From Candidatus Micrarchaeota archaeon (GTDB lineage: Archaea; Micrarchaeota; Micrarchaeia; Anstonellales; Anstonellaceae), in assembly GCA_043810635.1 (NCBI GenBank), contig JBDRNY010000023.1:1-34357 (forward strand): DNA of 34,357 nt. Reading direction: 5' to 3'. Positions within the stretch are counted from its first letter, which is position 1; each line of letters starts with the position of its first letter. The notes beneath the pieces were generated by a model. The model was not told the origin of the DNA, did no database searches, and saw only the letters and a list, made by a program, of their open reading frames with translations. A program made the translations under genes and the position numbers. Shown piece by piece: positions 27,733 to 34,357 of the stretch.

Positions 27733-28620
27733 CTAGGATGTTATTATTACATATATTATTGCGAATATAACCAAGCCAAATAAAATAAGAAGGAAAATTG
27801 CGAATAAGGCGTATTTTTGAATATAATATTCCATTTTTGATGCAAACATTTTCTGTTTGTCAAGCTTTGACCTGCCAGGCATAGGCTTTTCCCACGGAAG
27901 GTTCTGGGCTTGCTCAGCAGGCTGCTCGGGTGTGTGTGCCGGCTTTTTCGGCTTGTCGGTTTTTTTATATCCGGCAAAATTAAACAAATCCTTTATTTCC
28001 CCCTCAATAGACGCATGCTTTTCATTATCAGCTTTTTTCTTTCCCCCCTCTTCGCCTTTCCCCTCTCCTTCTTTTCCGCCCGGCTTTCCGGGCATTTCCT
28101 TCTGCCCTTCCCCCTCTTCTTTCTTTTCTCCCGGCTTTGCAACTTCTGCCGCTTTTCCTGCAGAGCGGTATCCTCGTGTAAGCAAAAATCCTTTTTCTGT
28201 CAATGAAAAGCCCGCCCTCCCAGAGCGTATTTCATTGTCAACATAATCATATGCTTTTAATTTGTACAAATGATATGCCAAATCCCTGCTTCTTATATTG
28301 ATTATTTTTTGCAATGCAGATAAATCCCTTACTCCTGCCACAAGGGCGCTCAATATTGTCTGGTCTAGAGTGTCAATAGGCTCGCCGGCTTTTTGTATTG
28401 CATTTGAAATCAATTCCCTCCCCCCTTCGGTAATTGTAAGCGGGGAGTTTCCGCCTATTGAAGATTGGATGTCAATAAGCCCTTTTATTTTCATAGAACC
28501 CAAAATATTTGCTGTCTCGAAAAAGGAGGTGTTTATCTGGGTGCCGAATTTTTCTACAGTGGATTCTGAGTCAATCTTTTTGAGAATAAGCAAATCCAGG
28601 TAGGTTATGTCATCTCCCAT
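27733..28620 (-). CDS. Hypothetical protein: tandem winged-helix-like repeats, charged linker, C-terminal membrane anchor
   Basis: Two LD..IL...LK..(G/D)..D....(I/L)TE.G units, an E/K/G linker and a terminal transmembrane helix. Confidence 0.7.
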   Translation of the reverse strand: MGDDITYLDLLILKKIDSESTVEKFGTQINTSFFETANILGSMKIKGLIDIQSSIGGNSPLTITEGGRELISNAIQKAGEPIDTLDQTILSALVAGVRDLSALQKIINIRSRDLAYHLYKLKAYDYVDNEIRSGRAGFSLTEKGFLLTRGYRSAGKAAEVAKPGEKKEEGEGQKEMPGKPGGKEGEGKGEEGGKKKADNEKHASIEGEIKDLFNFAGYKKTDKPKKPAHTPEQPAEQAQNLPWEKPMPGRSKLDKQKMFASKMEYYIQKYALFAIFLLILFGLVIFAIIYVIITS

Positions 28621-28725
28621 AGTTTTGCTTATGCTGAAAACATTTATAAATAGTTAAAAGCCATCAATAGTGTATAAGAAACCAAAAAAACTACACTTTG
28701 TTTTGGTAATTTGGGGTAAGTTTTT

Positions 28726-29979
28726 ATGAGATTAGATATATTGGGTGCAGCTCATGAAGTGGGCCGCTCCTGCTTTATACTGAATAGCGACAAAAGGATT
28801 ATGCTGGACTGCGGGCTTAAAATTCATAATAAGGCAGAGCCGCAATTATACCCCATGCCCCCCGGAGGGCCTGTGGATGCCGTAGTAATTTCACACGCTC
28901 ATTTGGACCATAGCGGATTTTTGCCTTCTTTATTTGACAATTATAGCCCGAAAGTTATTGCAACCCCTCCCACAAAAGAAATCGGAGAATTGCTTTTGCT
29001 GGATTCTGCAAAAATTATATTGGAAGAGTATGGCACCCTGCCTTACAAGCGAAGCTCTCATGAAAGGGCAATAAAAGCTTTCAAATTAAGGGCATATAAT
29101 GAGCCCATGAATATCGGGGAAACTCAGATAACAATGAAAGATGCGGGCCATGTGCCGGGCGCTTCCACAGTATTGCTTGAAACCAAGGGAAAAAGGATAG
29201 TATATACCGGGGATTTTAAATTAGAAGATACTCAGATGCATAAAGGTGCGCAAATTACAAATGATGTTGATTTGCTTGTAATGGAAAGCACTTATGCAAA
29301 CAGAGACCATCCAAACAGGCATGATTTGGAAATTCAGCTGATTGAAAGGGCAAGGGAAATACTCGATAATGGGGGAAATTTGCTTTTGCCCGCATTTGCA
29401 GTGGGGCGCACCCAGGAATTGCTTTCTGTTATAAAAAAGCATGCGCCTGATTTGCCTTTATGGATAGACGGCATGGGCGTGGAAGCGTCTAAAATTGTTG
29501 CAAATTATTCAGGGTATGTAAGGGATGTTAAAACATTCAGGAAATATTTGAGTGAGTGCGATTTTGTAACAGGAAGAAGAGACAGGCAAAAAGTATTGTC
29601 CGAACCTTCAGTAATAATTTCAACCGCGGGAATGCTTCAGGGGGGGCCTGCAATGCAGTATTTGCTCTCGCTTAATGAGGCTTCTGAAATAATATTTACC
29701 GGCTATTGCGTGGAAGGCACAAACGGGCATAATTTGCTTAATTACGGGCATATTATAAAAAATGAAGAAAAAATACGCCCTTCAGTGCCTGTAAAATATT
29801 TAGATTTCTCGGCCCATGCAGGAAGAAGCGGGCTTTTTGAATTTGCAAAAAAAGCAAACCCGCAGAAAATTGTATGTGTGCACGGGGACGACAAGGTTTG
29901 CACTGATTTTGCAGAAGAATTGAAATTGGAAGGTTTTGACGCAGTTGCGCCTGTTGCTGGAAGCAAAATTGAGATTTGA
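28726..29979 (+). CDS. MBL-fold beta-CASP ribonuclease (aCPSF-like, no KH domains)
   Basis: EVGRSC, SHAHLDHSG, AGHVPG, YTGD, ESTY, FAVGRTQE, FSAHA and VHGD. Confidence 0.93.
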   Translation: MRLDILGAAHEVGRSCFILNSDKRIMLDCGLKIHNKAEPQLYPMPPGGPVDAVVISHAHLDHSGFLPSLFDNYSPKVIATPPTKEIGELLLLDSAKIILEEYGTLPYKRSSHERAIKAFKLRAYNEPMNIGETQITMKDAGHVPGASTVLLETKGKRIVYTGDFKLEDTQMHKGAQITNDVDLLVMESTYANRDHPNRHDLEIQLIERAREILDNGGNLLLPAFAVGRTQELLSVIKKHAPDLPLWIDGMGVEASKIVANYSGYVRDVKTFRKYLSECDFVTGRRDRQKVLSEPSVIISTAGMLQGGPAMQYLLSLNEASEIIFTGYCVEGTNGHNLLNYGHIIKNEEKIRPSVPVKYLDFSAHAGRSGLFEFAKKANPQKIVCVHGDDKVCTDFAEELKLEGFDAVAPVAGSKIEI

Positions 29980-30015
29980 AATGCACCTGTTGCGGGAGAC
30001 AGGGTGGAAGTTTAG
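29947..30015 (+). repeat. Tandem diverged duplicate of the ribonuclease's last 11 codons
   Basis: 29947-29979 encodes APVAGSKIEI* and 29983-30015 encodes APVAGDRVEV*. Confidence 0.8.
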
Positions 30016-30215
30016 GTTTATTTTAATTTGTTATATTCCAAATTTTTGAATACAATTTCTTTATTTTTGGAATCAAATTACCTTGGGCCAGATATTCATA
30101 GAAAAATCCTCTCCAAAACACAGCGGGTGCAGTGCATTTCCAGATACATTTTCTCCCCCATAGGAGCAAACTTTGGAATATGTATTTATCAGTTCATCCA
30201 CCTTTTTCAAATTCT

Positions 30216-30587
30216 TTATATACTCTCATTATATACCGTCTCTTTTGCAATAAGCCAGTGTTTTTTGTATGCTTTAGCAATCAGATTCCAGTCAAGATAT
30301 GGCCCGAAGATGTCAATGAAGATAAAAACCCTAAAATCCCCGGCTGTCAGGTATTCATTTATCTTCTCAAGCTTTCTATTTACTCCGTGGTTATATTTCC
30401 CATCAGAAAGCATCAGATGCTCTCCGTCAATGCTCTTTAGCATTTCTTTAATCCATCCCTGCTCTTTTTCATCAGCCAGCTGTTCCACTAAGAGCATCAG
30501 ATTTTTGGCATTAATTTTGTATTTCTTAATGATATTATCAATTTCCAATAAAACCACCTTTTTTGCATTTATAATATCAATATTCAA
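30216..30587 (-). CDS. Hypothetical protein, possibly truncated at its 3' end
   Basis: 123-aa ORF overlapping the upstream gene, with GGAG before a TTG start. Confidence 0.55.
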   Translation of the reverse strand: MNIDIINAKKVVLLEIDNIIKKYKINAKNLMLLVEQLADEKEQGWIKEMLKSIDGEHLMLSDGKYNHGVNRKLEKINEYLTAGDFRVFIFIDIFGPYLDWNLIAKAYKKHWLIAKETVYNESI

Positions 30588-30939
30588 ACACTACTCCCTG
30601 CCCGTAAGTATCAAACAAAAGCCAAAAGCCCTCCTCCTGCACCTTGTCAAATAATGCAAAATAAATATTGCACTCTTTGTGCTTAAACGGGCCTCTCCCT
30701 TCAAAATAAGCCTTATCCACCAAATGCTTATTTTTTGGATTTAAAGCACAAATTATGCTTGATGTTTCATTTTTAATAGGCAATTTGCCCTTAATTTCAT
30801 ATCTTGCCAACGCGCTCTCAAAGCTCTCCTTATTTTTTCCCCTAATTCTCATTTTTTCATGAACCACCCTAAGATGCGGCTTTCCGGGGATGGCCAGCAT
30901 AACCGTAATATCAGATTTCCCGTCTTTTTGAGTTTTCAT
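30577..30939 (-). CDS. Hypothetical protein
   Basis: 120-aa ORF with AGGTG Shine-Dalgarno sequence, divergent from the csa3-like gene. Confidence 0.65.
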   Translation of the reverse strand: MKTQKDGKSDITVMLAIPGKPHLRVVHEKMRIRGKNKESFESALARYEIKGKLPIKNETSSIICALNPKNKHLVDKAYFEGRGPFKHKECNIYFALFDKVQEEGFWLLFDTYGQGVVFEY

Positions 30940-30962
30940 AACTAAGCACCTTTTTTCTTATC

Positions 30963-31012
30963 TGTTAAGGTTTTTCCTTAACAATATAGTTATTAGGCAT
31001 CTATTTAAATAG
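30963..31012. promoter_or_regulatory. Divergent promoter: palindromic TATA box plus perfect 8-5-8 inverted-repeat operator
   Basis: TGTTAAGG-ttttt-CCTTAACA (30963-30983) and CTATTTAAATAG (31001-31012), which reads TTTAAATA on both strands. Confidence 0.65.
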
Positions 31013-31034
31013 CTTTTTACACTAACTTCTATTG

Positions 31035-31631
31035 ATGGGAGGAACGACGCTAATAGCCACTTTCTATTCCTATAAGCCATTTTTTGCAGGGGCGCACGCA
31101 TTTTCCCCCAAAAACATAATTTTAGTCAGCCCTGCCAACCTTCCTTCCAAGGAGGAAAATGATGTTAAAAAGGCATTTGAAGAGGTTAAGAAGAATTTTG
31201 GGGAGGTTGCAAAAATCAGGATGGTCAGGCTTGATGAGAAGAACATTCTGAAAGTCGCATCTGAAACAGCCAAGCTTCTTGAGCAAAACTCCGGCGCAAT
31301 AGTAAATATCTCCGGCGCCTGGAAACTGCTTGCCCAGGGAGTCTTATACGGCTGCTATGCCCGGCCGGATTATGTTAAGAAAATAGTGTGCAACATAATA
31401 GACATGAAAGATTTTGTAGAATTGCCAAAGCTAAGCTATGGATTAAGCACTGCCAAAAAAGAATTGCTTGAGAGAATAAGCAAAAGAAACGGAAAATCAA
31501 TTGCCCAGATTGCAGATGAACTGGACAAAACTCCGGGCATGCTGTATCAACATTTGAAAGAATTGAAGAGTTTGGGGTTTGTTGATGAGGAATTTAAGAT
31601 AACAATGGCTGGGAGATTGGGGTTGTTGTAG
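31035..31631 (+). CDS. csa3: Csa3-like CARF plus winged-HTH transcriptional regulator
   Basis: TLIATF, IILV, IVNISGAWKLL and VELP CARF pattern, with C-terminal SIAQIADELDKT...YQHLKELK..GFV....IT.AGRL. Confidence 0.8.
   Translation: MGGTTLIATFYSYKPFFAGAHAFSPKNIILVSPANLPSKEENDVKKAFEEVKKNFGEVAKIRMVRLDEKNILKVASETAKLLEQNSGAIVNISGAWKLLAQGVLYGCYARPDYVKKIVCNIIDMKDFVELPKLSYGLSTAKKELLERISKRNGKSIAQIADELDKTPGMLYQHLKELKSLGFVDEEFKITMAGRLGLL
31592..31631 (+). repeat. Left copy of a 40-bp direct repeat (the functional csa3 3' end)
   Basis: 33/40 identical to 32514-32553. Confidence 0.9.
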
Positions 31632-32519
31632 ATGGGAAAAATATACTCTATGACGGTATATCACAACAAGGATATTCTGGATGTTGCAGAGGAGTGGGTG
31701 CAAAATAATCTTTGCGCAGTAGGTTACTGCAAAGTGGATATTAATGGTGTACAACCTCAAGATGTGGAAAAAACTATAAGAGCTTCTACTAGAGGGGTGG
31801 TAAAAAAGAGAGAAATTAACGAACTGAAAATTTTTAAGAAAATCGAGTTTGGAGATGTCGTGTTGGCATATATGAATAACAACCATATATATGCAATTGG
31901 AACTGTAGATGGCGAATACCGATATGACGAGACTAATATTATAGGAAAATCAAAAAAAGATGGGGGCTTTGGTTATCCCCATCAAATACCAGTTAAATGG
32001 CTTGATTCCCCCAGAGAATTTCATAGGAAACATCTTCCGAAAGTTATATCTGAACAACTAGGAAAACATGGAAAAACTACCTTTCAAATAGAATCTGCAT
32101 ATGATTCTGACGAGTTCATAGCACTCATAGAAAAGTTACAAATTCCTCGGAATGAGGGGAAATTTAAGGAGGAACTAGTAAAAGCAGGTTTGTCGAAGTA
32201 TGTGAAGATAAACTCCGAACATATAGAAAAAGGATTGAAGATAATGGGGTAAGAAAAATCAATTGATAAACAGAATAGACCTGATTTTATTGCAAAAGAT
32301 CGTAATGGAAAAAATGTGTACATAGAATGTAAGGGAAATACTGGAGATGAATCTGCAGTTGACCAAGTTTTAAGATACAGGAAAGTTGGGAAGAAAAATT
32401 CCAGATACTTACTCATTGCTTTTGATTTTGATAAAAAATGCAGAAAAAAGGCCAATAAACATGGGATAGAGCTTTTTGAGGTGGATCTGAGCCTAAAAGC
32501 AATTAAACAATCCATTTAA
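31632..32519 (+). pseudogene. Restriction-type endonuclease (EVE/PUA-like N domain plus NucS-like PD-(D/E)XK domain) with an in-frame TAA at 32250-32252
   Basis: GDVVLAY...AIG.V.GEYRY...YPH...VKW, then GLKIMG*EKSIDKQNRPDFIAKD...VYIECK...AVDQVLRY in the same frame. Confidence 0.8.
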
Positions 32520-32553
32520 GATAACCACTGCTGGGAGATTGGGGTTATTATGA
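32514..32553 (+). repeat. Displaced second csa3 3' end
   Basis: Encodes FKITTAGRLGLL* vs FKITMAGRLGLL* in the intact gene. Confidence 0.9.
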
Positions 32554-32679
32554 AAAGACGAAGGGAAAACCAGCTTGCCAAGATTTAAAAGAGTTTTAAG
32601 GGAAGTGAAACTGTAGTATGGAGAGTGGAGGCAAAGATTAGACTAAGCAACAAAAAATGAATAAAAAGAGAGATTAAAT

Positions 32680-34341
32680 ATGGTCGAAGTTCAGACAACT
32701 TTAATGGAGGAATGTGAGACAACTAATCATAAACCCGAGACCTATACTGGTATCTATTCAATGCATAAATATTGGTCAAAAAAACCATTCAACATTATAA
32801 GACATTTTATCTTAAAATATTCAAAAAAAGGCGAAATTATATTAGATCCTTTTTGTGGCTCAGGAGTTTCTGTCACAGAATCTATCTTCACTGGGAGGAA
32901 GGCGGTAGGGGTAGATATTAATCCTACTGCCATTTTCATTGTAGAACAAATGATGCGGAGGATTTCATCAAAGAAGTTAAAGGAAACCTACAAGATTCTG
33001 GAAGATAACTACAAGGATAGAATAAATAGTTTTTATTTAGTTAAAAGAGGGAATAAACAGTTTATTGGTACGCATTTCCTATGGGAAAGCGGAAAGCTGA
33101 TGGAAGTTTGGTATAAAACTGGGAATAGAAGAAATAGTAAAGTCATTAGTTCCTGCTCGGAAGAAGACTTAAAATTATCTAAGTCGTTTTCTTATGAAAA
33201 TATACCATATTACTATCCTAAAAATAATTTTTTTCATAATTCTAGAATAAATGCAGATCGAAAAAAGAGAATTTATGAGTTATTTACACCTCGAAACTTA
33301 ATGGCATTGTCTCTTCTTTTACATTCTATTGACAAAATTGAGGATAGAAAAATGAAAGACATGATGAAATTCTGTTTTACCTCCGCTGTAGGGCAGGCAA
33401 GCAAGATGGTTTTTGTTATAAAAAGAAGAGGTAAATTTAATGGTCAAACAAGAACGAAGGGAATGGGGGAGGTTGGAAGCTGGGTTATTGGTTATTGGAT
33501 GCCGAGAGATAATTTTGAGATAAATGCGTGGAATTGCTTTGAGAATAAATTTAAAAGAATATTAAAAGCAAAGAAGGAACAGGAAAATAAGAAATATGAT
33601 TTGTTTGAAGCTAAAAACTTTAATGAGATAGTAAATCAAGGAAAAAACTTTCTTTTGATTAATGACTCTGCACTTAGTTTTCTTAAGAGCATACCAAGTA
33701 GTTCGATAGACTATATAATAACTGACCCCCCACATGGTAACAGAATTCCATATCTGGAACAGAGTATGATGTGGAACGGATGGTTAAAAAAGGAAGTAAA
33801 CTACGAGAATGAGATTGTAATTAGTGATTCAAAAGATAGAAAGAAAGATATAACTAATTATTATTTTTTACTGAATCAGGTTTTTGAGCATATCGAAAGA
33901 GTGTTAAAACCTGGTTGCCATTTTTCTTTGATGTTTAATAGTTTAGACGATAAAACTTGGATTAATCTAATCACATTTATGAATACTCTTAATTTTGATT
34001 TAGACAAAATTGAAACATTAGGTTATTCTGCAAATTCAGTAGTTCAAGATACTCGAGGGGCTGGATTAAAAACAGATTTTATGTTTACATTCACAAAAAA
34101 TCTTAATAGAAAAAAAAAGGAAATTGAAATTTATACAATGAATAGTCATAAAGAGATTATTAAAAATAAAATTGGGGACTATCTAAGAAATGCTAATAAT
34201 GGTCTTGAAACCTATGAGATATTAAATAAACTTTTGGCAGATTTTTTACAAGAAAACAAATTTTTTAAGCTTTCAGAAGTTTTAGATGTCATTAAAAATG
34301 ACTATAAAAAGATAGGTAACAAATGGGTTGGGGAGGATTAA
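32680..34341 (+). CDS. DNA amino-methyltransferase (m6A or m4C), motif I before motif IV
   Basis: HKYWSKKP, ILDPFCGSG, GVDINP, IDYIITDPPH and RVLKPG. Confidence 0.9.
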   Translation: MVEVQTTLMEECETTNHKPETYTGIYSMHKYWSKKPFNIIRHFILKYSKKGEIILDPFCGSGVSVTESIFTGRKAVGVDINPTAIFIVEQMMRRISSKKLKETYKILEDNYKDRINSFYLVKRGNKQFIGTHFLWESGKLMEVWYKTGNRRNSKVISSCSEEDLKLSKSFSYENIPYYYPKNNFFHNSRINADRKKRIYELFTPRNLMALSLLLHSIDKIEDRKMKDMMKFCFTSAVGQASKMVFVIKRRGKFNGQTRTKGMGEVGSWVIGYWMPRDNFEINAWNCFENKFKRILKAKKEQENKKYDLFEAKNFNEIVNQGKNFLLINDSALSFLKSIPSSSIDYIITDPPHGNRIPYLEQSMMWNGWLKKEVNYENEIVISDSKDRKKDITNYYFLLNQVFEHIERVLKPGCHFSLMFNSLDDKTWINLITFMNTLNFDLDKIETLGYSANSVVQDTRGAGLKTDFMFTFTKNLNRKKKEIEIYTMNSHKEIIKNKIGDYLRNANNGLETYEILNKLLADFLQENKFFKLSEVLDVIKNDYKKIGNKWVGED

Positions 34342-34342
34342 T

Positions 34343-34357
34343 ATGGCTTTAAATGAA
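34343..34357 (+). CDS. Start of next gene (MALNE...), possibly the cognate restriction enzyme
   Basis: GGAGG Shine-Dalgarno sequence and an ATG one base after the methyltransferase stop. Truncated by the window edge. Confidence 0.4.

Noticed and set aside
30028..30654. 208-aa plus-strand ORF
   Set aside because: It is antisense to the minus-strand genes, has an F/S/I-rich shadow composition and a TTG start with no clear Shine-Dalgarno sequence.
31592..31620. ATTTAAGATAA at the start of both csa3-end repeats resembles an inverted XerD arm of a dif site
   Set aside because: There is no matching second arm after the 6-bp spacer, and the sequence is explained by the codons for FKIT.

Overview
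Archaeal chromosomal window, probably DPANN and Micrarchaeota-like (inferred from gene content, not tested by phylogeny). The core carries rio1, aIF-1A, aIF-2beta, a bacterial-type DHS-like gene, a non-oxidative pentose-phosphate operon (rpe, split tkt, tal, plus a PQ-loop transporter), a CDA-family deaminase, AK6, PadR, purL-purQ-purF (purF frameshifted), secF-secD, ADP-forming acyl-CoA synthetase alpha/beta and a beta-CASP ribonuclease. There are three accessory zones. (i) An RHH/vapC module cluster at 0.5-1.9 kb. (ii) A 2.8-kb island with a multi-hairpin element and a methyltransferase / COG1665-type nucleotidyltransferase / TIM-barrel operon, bracketed by a 69-bp duplication of the rio1 5' end. 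(iii) A defence zone with a Csa3-like CARF-wHTH regulator, a stop-interrupted NucS-like nuclease bracketed by a 40-bp duplication of the csa3 3' end, and a DNA amino-methyltransferase. The most striking pattern is that gene ends and translation-start junctions are duplicated at about seven places, with or without cargo between the copies. No integrase or transposase is visible. This suggests cargo capture by gene-end replacement. All alignments and counts were made by eye.
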